The notes: generated from the sequence alone by a model not told the origin. A stretch of DNA of 64,000 bases from a virus (IMGVR_UViG_3300005614_001084:64001-128000), one strand, 5' to 3'; positions 39,455-47,559 are shown, counted from the first letter of the stretch. Numbers and translations are program-made.

Positions 39455-40033
39455 CTAACATCCGTCGTCGAGATCAGAGTCACCCACGCGTCGCTCCGCC
39501 AGATGACGAAGCTCCGCCGCCTCCTCCGCGCTGAGCGGTTCGAGCTGCGCCTTCACGCGCAACGTCTCGTAGCGCGCACCCTCATCTGCGGGGAGGGCCA
39601 CCCAGGTCAATACGCCTTTCTTGATGTCATAGATCTGATCGAAGCCGAAGCGTCGCATCATGACATCAACGGGATTGCCCGCGATCTCGTAGTCGCCCGC
39701 CGTAGCCTTGAGCACGTTGTCGATGGCGGGATGGATCTCCGACACACCACCGACGCCGTACCTGATGCTGTACAGCATGCCGCGCGTACGACTGAGCGCC
39801 TCGAAGAGCTTCGCCGACAGCTCGACCGCGGCCTTGAGACGATTGCCGATCGTGGTGGTGACGACCACGGGCTTGCCATGCTTCGCCTCGTACTGCTCCA
39901 CAATGCCCTCGATCGTACCGTCGATATGATCTCTGGCGAAGTCGGGCAGCTTGTCGTAGTCGCGCCCAAAGGGCCCGCCCAGCGGGCCACCGAGCAACGC
40001 CATGCGCAGCAGTTCCACCTCACGCTTCGTCAT
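39455..40033 (-). CDS. hypothetical protein
   Basis: Coupled ORF starting MTKREVELL. Confidence 0.55.
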   Translation of the reverse strand: MTKREVELLRMALLGGPLGGPFGRDYDKLPDFARDHIDGTIEGIVEQYEAKHGKPVVVTTTIGNRLKAAVELSAKLFEALSRTRGMLYSIRYGVGGVSEIHPAIDNVLKATAGDYEIAGNPVDVMMRRFGFDQIYDIKKGVLTWVALPADEGARYETLRVKAQLEPLSAEEAAELRHLAERRVGDSDLDDGC

Positions 40034-40347
40034 AGTCCCCTTCCTCGCTCCTGGATCTCGGCCGACTGACGGCTCATGATCTTCTCCGCCTCTTTGATGC
40101 GCCGGGCGGTACTCGCGTTGAGGCTCAGCGTTCTGTACAACACGGCGAACGTGACTGAGTTGCACGCCAAGCCGATCGGAATACCAACACGCGGCGCCCC
40201 GGTACTCCACCACAAGGCGAAGGCTGTCAGGGAAAGCAAGCCGGAGATCGCACACAGCGCAGCGCACACGATCATGCCGGCGGTGATTCCGCGCTCAGCC
40301 TTCTCTTCAACTTCGAGTGGTTTCTCGCTCTCTCTGTACGGCATCAC
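40030..40347 (-). CDS. small 2-TM membrane protein
   Basis: Two hydrophobic segments. Confidence 0.55.
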   Translation of the reverse strand: MMPYRESEKPLEVEEKAERGITAGMIVCAALCAISGLLSLTAFALWWSTGAPRVGIPIGLACNSVTFAVLYRTLSLNASTARRIKEAEKIMSRQSAEIQERGRGL

Positions 40348-40850
40348 GCCTCCTCGATCTTGCCGCGCACTGGGCGCGGCGTGAGCATCACGTGCGGCTT
40401 CGGGTTGTGAATGAAGGTTCGATTGAAGTCCTCGTTCTCCACTTCAGCGATCGCCGCGGCTTCGGCTGCGATGGTGTGGAGCCAGCGCTCTGCGAACAGC
40501 ACCTGCTCCTTCGTCAGGACCAGTAGGCAGGGCCAGCATACGACGTTGTAGAGACCACTAGGCCTCGACTCGATGTCGCGCAGCGTGTCGATGAAGCCCT
40601 CGACCTGCGTCGCGAAGATGTAGAGCGTGGAGTCGAAGAACGGGGTCGAGAAGCGGTGCGCACCGATGCGCATCACGCCTCCGCCATCCAGCGCCACACT
40701 GCTGATCTCCTGCTTTGCCCATGGCTCCAGGTCGGGGTCTTCGCGCCATCGAGGCTCCTTGATGGCCAGGGCCTCGTCGCTGATCCACATCGGAGAGACG
40801 CAGCGCCGGCCTTCGCGAGCGTTCTCCGGCTTCACCAGCCACCACTTCAT
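40344..40850 (-). CDS. hypothetical protein
   Basis: Coupled ORF starting MKWWLVK. Confidence 0.55.
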   Translation of the reverse strand: MKWWLVKPENAREGRRCVSPMWISDEALAIKEPRWREDPDLEPWAKQEISSVALDGGGVMRIGAHRFSTPFFDSTLYIFATQVEGFIDTLRDIESRPSGLYNVVCWPCLLVLTKEQVLFAERWLHTIAAEAAAIAEVENEDFNRTFIHNPKPHVMLTPRPVRGKIEEA

Positions 40851-41473
40851 CACGGCCTCGCCAGTCCGAGGACGTCGACCATCACCTTGATGTAGTCCTT
40901 CATCTTCTGATCTCCCCATGCGTGGATGAGCCCCTTGGCCGGACCGAACTCCTTCGTCACGTCCTCGTTCTCGAACGCCTTGCTCAGGCGCTCCGGGATG
41001 ACGGCGAGACCGGACTCCGCCATCACCTCGATGCTCCACACGTTCTTGCGGTGGCCCACCACAAACATGATGCCGAGGCCCGCCTTCTCTTTCGGCGCGA
41101 TCGAGTACCACGGAATCATAGAGTACAGCCGATCGTTCCTCCAGTACTGGTTCGGGATCTCCTTCAGCCCGTAGTGCGGCATGCGCGCAGCAGAGAACGC
41201 TCCCTGCACGGAGTAGAACTCGTCCCACGCCCGATTCCTCATCAGGCAGGTCTCGTGCACCCACTTCTCCTGCGTCTGCACGTAGCGCTGATCGCTGAAG
41301 GCAGGACCATTCAGCTCCCAGCCGCGACCGCACAACGCGCAGGTCTTGCCTCGCACGTCACTGATGTGGTGGGTGGAGATGTAGTAGCCCTCCTGCTTCT
41401 CGTGCAGAAGCTGGCCGCGCTCGTCGAAGCCGACGCTCTTGTCTTCGGTGATGGGATTTACGATCTGAGTCAT
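40850..41473 (-). CDS. hypothetical protein
   Basis: Preceded by CTATAAGATCTAGAGGAG. Confidence 0.65.
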   Translation of the reverse strand: MTQIVNPITEDKSVGFDERGQLLHEKQEGYYISTHHISDVRGKTCALCGRGWELNGPAFSDQRYVQTQEKWVHETCLMRNRAWDEFYSVQGAFSAARMPHYGLKEIPNQYWRNDRLYSMIPWYSIAPKEKAGLGIMFVVGHRKNVWSIEVMAESGLAVIPERLSKAFENEDVTKEFGPAKGLIHAWGDQKMKDYIKVMVDVLGLARP

Positions 41474-41480
41474 GGCATCT

Positions 41481-41525
41481 CTCCTCTAGATCTTATAGGC
41501 AAAAGGAGAGGCGCGATGCCTCTCC
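41481..41525 (-). terminator. terminator plus CTATAAG promoter and SD
   Basis: GGAGAGGC-ATCGC-GCCTCTCC-TTTTGCCTATAAG. Confidence 0.75.
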
Positions 41526-41606
41526 CCGGACCGACTTCTCATCCGTCCCACATACCCTCAAACGTTACATCTGGATTCCGGCCTGCTTATCGGCGGCCTT
41601 CCCCGA
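41526..41606 (-). ncRNA. single pseudoknot repeat plus spacer (array B; repeat 41580-41606)
   Basis: TCGG/CCGA and GGCC/GGCC stems with TAAGCA loop. Confidence 0.7.
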
Positions 41607-42677
41607 ACCTTCAGGATGGAAGATCTGAGCCTGGCGAGCCTTTTCGTAGGCACCGGCTTCCACCAGCAGACCAGACCTGGATGCCACCTTGGTCTCGCCC
41701 AGGGGCGTACGTATCTCCATCGCGATCTCATGCGCCGATACGTCAGTACGCGCAAGCGGTTTCTCCTTCGCTCTTTGATCCGTGGCGAAGGCTCTCACCT
41801 CAGCGAGCGGATGCGTGGTGATGAACAGCCAGTGAAGAGCGATCATCGCCGAGGCGCTTCCCTCACCTTGGGTCTTGATCCAGTTCACAAAGATGGCGTC
41901 CCACACCTCATCGATCCGAAGATGTGTTGCGAACGCTTTTCGACGCTGTGCCGGATTCATCTGAGACAGCTCGGTGCTACTGAAGCCAGTAGCGAGCAGC
42001 GCACTCATTGCCGCACTCGATCCTGCCGGAGTGGAGACGAGCCGGGCCCACTCCTCGTGAAGAGGATCTCGGCCCTCCTCCGGCTTGGGCGGCGGTATCT
42101 TGGGATCAGGGAAGTCCGGGAACTTGTCGAACGCCGCGAGCTTGAGCCCGAGCTTGTTCATCAGCTCGATGTCGCCGGTCTCGGAGAGAAGCGTCAGGTC
42201 TTCGGCGGTAAGCGACACGAAGAGCTTGCTCAGCCACAACGCGCGAGGCGAGATCTCCCCGAACATCTCAGCGATGCAGTAGTTCACGAATCGGGTGTCC
42301 ACGCCTCCAACCAAGGTGCCGCCACGAAGATGACGTGACGTCGCCTCCGCCCACACCCTGACGCCGAGATCGTAGAGCATCTTTCGCGTCCGTGACTCGA
42401 ACTGTGCCTCCATCCGCCTGAAGCCCTCCTCCCGCATACGGGCAGACAGCGCCTCGACCCCGAGATGCAAGATCTTATCCCGTGGGATGTTGTTGCGATC
42501 GAGAACTTCTCGGACGCGGTCCGTAACTCGCTCCAGCTCCAGAACCTTACGGCGCTCGCCGTAAAGCTCCGTCTTCAACTTCTCGATCTCCCGCTCGTAG
42601 TCGGCGACCGTCTTCTTGATCCCGAACTCCTTGTTCGTCGTACGTTCCTTGATCTTCTGCACTCGCTTCTTATTCAT
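41565..42677 (-). CDS. hypothetical protein (370 aa, N-terminal coiled coil)
   Basis: AAGGAG RBS; the 3' end reads through a repeat. Confidence 0.6.
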   Translation of the reverse strand: MNKKRVQKIKERTTNKEFGIKKTVADYEREIEKLKTELYGERRKVLELERVTDRVREVLDRNNIPRDKILHLGVEALSARMREEGFRRMEAQFESRTRKMLYDLGVRVWAEATSRHLRGGTLVGGVDTRFVNYCIAEMFGEISPRALWLSKLFVSLTAEDLTLLSETGDIELMNKLGLKLAAFDKFPDFPDPKIPPPKPEEGRDPLHEEWARLVSTPAGSSAAMSALLATGFSSTELSQMNPAQRRKAFATHLRIDEVWDAIFVNWIKTQGEGSASAMIALHWLFITTHPLAEVRAFATDQRAKEKPLARTDVSAHEIAMEIRTPLGETKVASRSGLLVEAGAYEKARQAQIFHPEGSGKAADKQAGIQM

Positions 42678-43201
42678 GATCGTCTCCTTCTTCGATACGG
42701 TGGTCTGCCGCGGTTCTTCTTCACCACCGCGTACAGGCGGGCCTGGATGCGACGAAGCTCTGCGATGGTCTCGGGAGTGAGATGGCGGCGGAACACGGCC
42801 TGGCGCAGACGACGCGCCACCTTGTCCCTTCTCTCGCGTGCCCAGCCATGATCGTCGAACATGTTGAGCGTGGACTCCACGCCGAGCCCGTTCTGCCGAG
42901 CCAGCCCGATGCTGAGCAGAGACGCGATCTCCTCCTCTGCATCAACAAGTCTTTCTGAGATCTCGGCGCGATGCTGGCCAAGCCTGTGCGGATCACCGAG
43001 ACCGAAGTACGGCAGCTCCTTGCGCGATGGTGGTGCGACCAGCAGATGCGCCAGCTCGTGCGCCAAGTGCTCAGCGGTATCTGCGGTATGGGCGTCCTCT
43101 TCCTCGTCGTAGTACGGCCACTCACCTTCGATCCACCGCAGCCCGTGCTTGCTCGCCAGCTTGATGATGTTGCGCCCTGCGACCGTGTTCAACGCGACCA
43201 T
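42674..43201 (-). CDS. HExxH protein, EpmC/YfcM-like
   Basis: AHELAHLLVAPPSRKELPYFGLG resembles the EpmC motif; CTATAAG promoter and GGAGG. Confidence 0.5.
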   Translation of the reverse strand: MVALNTVAGRNIIKLASKHGLRWIEGEWPYYDEEEDAHTADTAEHLAHELAHLLVAPPSRKELPYFGLGDPHRLGQHRAEISERLVDAEEEIASLLSIGLARQNGLGVESTLNMFDDHGWARERRDKVARRLRQAVFRRHLTPETIAELRRIQARLYAVVKKNRGRPPYRRRRRS

Positions 43202-43206
43202 GCCTT

Positions 43207-43253
43207 CCTCCGCATGCTTATAGACAAAAAGATCAACCCGAAAGTTGATCTTT
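43207..43253 (-). terminator. terminator plus CTATAAG promoter and SD
   Basis: AAAGATCAAC-TTTCGG-GTTGATCTTT-TTGTCTATAAG...GGAGG. Confidence 0.7.
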
Positions 43254-43627
43254 AGTACCCAGCTCTCCGCAGAGCTATGATCCGTTCCTACCACCTATCG
43301 TAGCTACCGAAGTTCTATACCCCAATCGTTCAGTCATATGGCTGTTCAGTCATATGGCCGGCCGCCCTGTGATACTGGAGGTGGTGCCGCCTGCTTACCC
43401 GCGGCGGCCCCGGAAGTTTCGATCTGAAAGAGCGAGCCCGACGTCTCTTGTTCGCCAACGCTAGCCCCCAGAGAATGGACGACACCGGCTTACCCACGGT
43501 ATCCCTGGGATCGATCTTGTTGGACGTAGTACGTTCCCGCGTCCTGTGCCACCAGCGATACTTCGACCGCCTTCAGGCGTCCCATCCATCCTTGAAGCGC
43601 CACCTGCTTCACCGCGGTGGCCCCGGC
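43254..43627 (-). ncRNA. pseudoknot-repeat/spacer array A directly downstream of the RAMP gene (repeats 43599-43627, 43481-43510, 43386-43414)
   Basis: The first repeat starts 41 nt after the RAMP stop; G-U pairs in the stems work only on the minus strand. Confidence 0.85.
43328..43358. repeat. 16-bp-period tandem duplication GTTCAGTCATATGGC
   Basis: GTTCAGTCATATGGC-T-GTTCAGTCATATGGC. Confidence 0.85.
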
Positions 43628-43668
43628 GCAGCCTGAGTTCTCTCGGCTACTCGCGAAAGATCGCGTTC

Positions 43669-44775
43669 CTACTCCGCGGAGACCTCGGCAGCTTCCGCCG
43701 CTTCGAGGTCGTCCATGCCCTTCGAGTTGACGACACCCGCGATCTTGACGCCGCTGAGGCGCGCCACGGTCTTGTCGAGGTAGCCGGCGTACTGCTGTCG
43801 AAGCTCCGCCGGCACACCGGCGAGCAGGTGATCGAGGGGGCCCTCCTTCACCTTGCCGAGCTGCTCGAAGCTGATGGGCAGCAGCGTACCGTAGCGGGTG
43901 CCTCGGGCGGGACTGAGGCCGCGACGCGGCTGCAAGCACGCCACCCACAGCATGCGTTCGAGCTGGTCGGGGGCGAGGAAGCCCTTGACCGGCGCGCTGA
44001 ACCGGATCTCGAACTCCACGCCCGGCAGCAGCGCCTCGTACTTCTTCGGCGCCGCGGGACCGTTCGCGCTCTGCACCGGCAGCACGACCTCTTCCATCGG
44101 GGCGTCGGCCGGGATGCGGATGGGCTGGAACGCGACGTAGTCGGCACGGGCCGCCGGCAGCCCGGCCGGATGCATCACGTTGGTGCGGAACCAGCCGCGC
44201 TGCACGTCCGGCGTGATGATGATCTCCTTGGTGTTGAGATCACGCTCGAAGATACCGTTGCCGGTGATGTCCTCGTCCTTCTCGTGGACGCCGCGGGCCT
44301 TGAGCATCATCTCGCTCGGGATCTGCGAGCCGAGCAGCGGCGTCAGCGTGCGCACGCGCAGCAGGTAGCTGCGGTACTCGTCGATGATGTTGCCGCGGCC
44401 CGCCTTCTCGTCACCCTGCTTCTCCTTCTTGTCGAAGCCGGACTTCAGATCCTCCAGCTCGACAGTGCGAAGCAGCTCGGGCAGCAGATCGCCGACGTGC
44501 GCGTACTCCGGCGGGGACTTCCACCCCAGCTTCTTCATCTCCCAGACCTTCACCATCTTGGAGTTGGCGCCGACCGGGCGCTGGTTCTCCGCGATGATGT
44601 CGCGCTTCTTCAGGCCCTTCAGCGCCTGCGTGAGCAGGTTGTTGTTCGGTCCGAAGTTGCAGTCGAGCGCGGTCGCCGCCGTCTCGACGATGTTGGCGAT
44701 CGTGGCGCTCCCCATCTTCTGCACGATGTAGGTAGCGATGAGCTGGGCTTCGGTCAGGTTCTCGATGATCTTCAT
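43669..44775 (-). CDS. stand-alone Cas7-like RAMP protein with N-terminal winged-helix domain
   Basis: RAMP motifs in canonical order: LRVRTLTPLLGS, IIITPDVQRGWFR, YEALLPGVEFEIRF, G-rich loop GLSPARGTRYG. The first ~80 aa are wHTH-like. Confidence 0.75.
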   Translation of the reverse strand: MKIIENLTEAQLIATYIVQKMGSATIANIVETAATALDCNFGPNNNLLTQALKGLKKRDIIAENQRPVGANSKMVKVWEMKKLGWKSPPEYAHVGDLLPELLRTVELEDLKSGFDKKEKQGDEKAGRGNIIDEYRSYLLRVRTLTPLLGSQIPSEMMLKARGVHEKDEDITGNGIFERDLNTKEIIITPDVQRGWFRTNVMHPAGLPAARADYVAFQPIRIPADAPMEEVVLPVQSANGPAAPKKYEALLPGVEFEIRFSAPVKGFLAPDQLERMLWVACLQPRRGLSPARGTRYGTLLPISFEQLGKVKEGPLDHLLAGVPAELRQQYAGYLDKTVARLSGVKIAGVVNSKGMDDLEAAEAAEVSAE

Positions 44776-44839
44776 GTTCGTTTTCTCCCGTTGATGGGCA
44801 TGGCCCTTCAACTACTGATAGCTGATCTTAGAACGAGGT

Positions 44840-45352
44840 TCAGTGGTACAGGACGTTGGTATCCTTTCCGAGAAGAGGAACGATCAACTCCTCGGCATGG
44901 TCGTAGATGGACATCAGGTACGGCTGCATCTCTTCGAGAGAGGAATCCGTCACGATCTCTCGCATCGCTGCGATGACGCCTTCCGTCGTGGGCTTCTCGC
45001 TCCAGACCTCCAGACGATCGCAGCAGAGCGCGATGCTCCACGCGAGCACCGCCGCGATGTTCATGGTGGAGAGCGTGACGTCGCCGTTGAAGACGACATG
45101 GATGTGCCGCTGCGAACACATCCCGATGTTGATGGGCTGCGGGAGGGCCGGCTGCACGTCGAAGTGGACCTGCGTCGGGCGCTGGAATCTCCACGCCGTG
45201 GCGATCCCAAGCATGTCCGTCAGCATGCTGGGCAGCATCAGGTCGTACTCCACGCGCTCGGCGAGAACCGCGATCCTCTCCTGAATGCTGGGCTCCTTCG
45301 GCTTCGCAGACTTCGTCCGGGCCGCAGGACGCTTCTTCGTCTTGGGCTTCAC
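44840..45352 (-). CDS. hypothetical protein upstream of the RAMP gene
   Basis: GGAG RBS, CTATCAG box at 45376-45382. Confidence 0.6.
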   Translation of the reverse strand: MKPKTKKRPAARTKSAKPKEPSIQERIAVLAERVEYDLMLPSMLTDMLGIATAWRFQRPTQVHFDVQPALPQPINIGMCSQRHIHVVFNGDVTLSTMNIAAVLAWSIALCCDRLEVWSEKPTTEGVIAAMREIVTDSSLEEMQPYLMSIYDHAEELIVPLLGKDTNVLYH

Positions 45353-45759
45353 GGCTTGATCTCCGTCTTCTTGATCTGATAGCCACGGTAGGGCTTACCG
45401 TTGCTTCCGACCATACTAACGGTCTCGATCGAGTTCGCGAGCTGAAGCGACTTCAGACAGCGCGCCACGGTCTCGAAGCTGTGCGGCACACCGTCCTCGA
45501 TCTCCGAGATGCTCATCGGTCGCTTCGCGATCTTGATGAAGGCGAAGACGTTGTTCTTCGCCGTGGCGATGTCCCTCCGACTACGCTTGCGCTTCGGCGC
45601 GGCCTTGGCGATGAGCCTGCCCACCACTGCGGGGTCGAGTGTGGTCGCGGTCTTGCCGTTGAGCAGATCCTCCAAGACCTGGTTGTACTTCGCGGCCTCC
45701 GCCTCGTGGAACGCAGCCTTGGCCGCAGCATCCTTCACTCTGTCGATCAGCTTGGTCAT
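45349..45759 (-). CDS. coiled-coil plus C-terminal winged-helix DNA-binding protein
   Basis: VFAFIKIAKRPMSISEIEDGVPHSFETVARCLKSL. Confidence 0.6.
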   Translation of the reverse strand: MTKLIDRVKDAAAKAAFHEAEAAKYNQVLEDLLNGKTATTLDPAVVGRLIAKAAPKRKRSRRDIATAKNNVFAFIKIAKRPMSISEIEDGVPHSFETVARCLKSLQLANSIETVSMVGSNGKPYRGYQIKKTEIKP

Positions 45760-45782
45760 ATGTTCTCCTGGACGCATCCTCG

Positions 45783-45826
45783 TCCAAGATCTTATAGGGC
45801 AAAGAGAAAGGGGCCTTTCGGCCCCT
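45783..45826 (-). terminator. terminator plus CTATAAG promoter
   Basis: GGGGCC-GAAA-GGCCCC-TTTCTCTTTGCCCTATAAGATCTTGG. Confidence 0.75.
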
Positions 45827-45829
45827 CGC

Positions 45830-46420
45830 TCATGCGTACTCGGAATCGACATCCGGGTTCCAATAGGTGGCCACCGGGCACACTCCACTTCCGATCCAGC
45901 GCGGTCTTCCGAAGGTTGGCTCGTTGCGCCCATTCAGCAGGCCCAAGCGCCGCGCGCGCTTGATGCCTCGCCTCCAGAACCGCAGGAACATGTACCGCTC
46001 GCCCCACTCCCTGAGAGCACTACCCGGATACCCGACCTCCGTGACCAGCTGGTAGTCGATCACGCACTTCAGGAAGTAGTCAGCCCAGGATTCTCCGCGC
46101 ACTAGCCATTTCGCCAGCTCCAGCTCGAAGGGCATGAGCAGGTAGGCTTCACAGATCACTCGGCTGGGCTCGCCAAGAATGCAGTGCACGATCTCGTGCA
46201 GCAGTATCTCCGGCATCGGATCGTAGGCGTAGACCAGCCTGGCTTTGGTGCTGAAGCCGACGTCACCCTGTGGGCCCCAAGTGAAGTCTTCGGGTAACTG
46301 CGGCTGGTTCTGTTCGACGTCCGGGTCTGAGTGGTGCTCGATGCAGAGCTTGATGCCGTAGCTCTTGGCCAACTCCCCCAACTTCTGAAGGATCTTGCCG
46401 TAGTACTCGTCGTTCACCAC
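45830..46420 (-). CDS. HExxH (zincin-like) protein
   Basis: ILLHEIVHCILG...E. Confidence 0.55.
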   Translation of the reverse strand: MVNDEYYGKILQKLGELAKSYGIKLCIEHHSDPDVEQNQPQLPEDFTWGPQGDVGFSTKARLVYAYDPMPEILLHEIVHCILGEPSRVICEAYLLMPFELELAKWLVRGESWADYFLKCVIDYQLVTEVGYPGSALREWGERYMFLRFWRRGIKRARRLGLLNGRNEPTFGRPRWIGSGVCPVATYWNPDVDSEYA

Positions 46421-47559
46421 TTCTCGGTCTCGTGAATGAGTTTGATCTTGCCGAACCGAGGGACCCCGGCCGGCGTGCGCTGTGCGAAGTACTTCACCGT
46501 TGCCTTCTTGCCGATCAGCTTGTCGGCGTTCTCGAGGATGGCGACGCGTTCCGCCTTCGTCCCCACGACGTCGGCCTTGAACTTCCGCGTGGGATCGATG
46601 TCGAGCTGGAGCCAGGCCACCTTGGCACCACCGCTGGCGTTGCCTTCACCCTCCAAGATCTCCAACACCACGAACTCGGAGTCCTTGAACTCCTTGCGCT
46701 TGAGCAGCTTGTTAGTCCGCTTCTCCTCGTACTCGCCGTCGATCCTGACCATCTGGCCCTCGTAGCCCATGGCGAGCCACTCCTCGTACCAGGTGTCGAG
46801 CGCCTTCTCGGCGAAGATCGGCATGGTGGGGACGATGACGAGCGGCTTGCCCACCTCGTTCACCACGTCATAGATCCGCGAGAACCTAGCGTGGAAGAGG
46901 TCGACGCCGTTCATCGGCGAATCGTACATGTGGTACTGCACGATCTCTGCGGTCTTGGCCAGATGCTCGGGCGAGGGCTTCAGCGTCTTCACGAGAGAAG
47001 TGATCTCGTTGAAGTTGTCCTTCAGCTCGTGGTTGTACAGCTCGCCGTCGAAGCGCAAACCAGGGATGGCTGCGAAGTACGGCGCCAGCGCCTTCTCGAT
47101 GTGTGGGCAGCTCACGATGCGGTCACCCTTGCGCGACCACAGTCCCTTGGCGTCGGCGATGCAGCGGATGCCATCGAGCTTCGGCTGCGCGTACACCGGG
47201 GGCAGATGCGGGAACTGGGGCGAGAAGTTGATCTTCGCCTTGTAGTCGGCGTAGTCCTTGGCCAGCATGGGCTGGAACCGGGTGGAGGACTGCGCAGCAT
47301 CGACGGTCGTGGAGTAGCCGTCCTTCTTCTTGCGATCGTAGCCGGACTCCACCTCCAGCAGAGCTTGCTGACCCGGGGTCGTTTCGTTGGCTCGGCCGAC
47401 GTTCTTCGCCTTCGCGTTCGTCCACTCCGAAACTACGATCGCCCCATCCTTCTGCCCGCTGTGGGTGCGGTAGCGCCCGTTGGTGGTCTCCAGCTCCAGC
47501 CACCACACCTGAATCGCGCCGGTGCTGGTCCTCTTGTAGAGCTTCTCGCAGTGCATCAC
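46414..47559 (-). CDS. lig: ATP-dependent DNA ligase
   Basis: PMLA, QPKLDGIRC (motif I), FDGELY, YEGQMVR, LLKRK and PRF motifs. Confidence 0.92.
   Translation of the reverse strand: MMHCEKLYKRTSTGAIQVWWLELETTNGRYRTHSGQKDGAIVVSEWTNAKAKNVGRANETTPGQQALLEVESGYDRKKKDGYSTTVDAAQSSTRFQPMLAKDYADYKAKINFSPQFPHLPPVYAQPKLDGIRCIADAKGLWSRKGDRIVSCPHIEKALAPYFAAIPGLRFDGELYNHELKDNFNEITSLVKTLKPSPEHLAKTAEIVQYHMYDSPMNGVDLFHARFSRIYDVVNEVGKPLVIVPTMPIFAEKALDTWYEEWLAMGYEGQMVRIDGEYEEKRTNKLLKRKEFKDSEFVVLEILEGEGNASGGAKVAWLQLDIDPTRKFKADVVGTKAERVAILENADKLIGKKATVKYFAQRTPAGVPRFGKIKLIHETEKW

Noticed and set aside
35942-43627. Calling the repeats a canonical CRISPR array
   Set aside because: The repeats diverge in sequence while keeping a pseudoknot, the spacers are ~50-140 nt and irregular, the arrays are split by genes, and no cas1/cas2/cas6 is seen.
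35942-43627. Type III toxin-antitoxin (ToxI-like) array or REP/BIME elements
   Set aside because: ToxI repeats are contiguous ~35-nt tandem units next to a ToxN nuclease, and REPs are simple palindromes. Neither fits long unique spacers next to a RAMP gene. Not formally excluded without an Rfam search.
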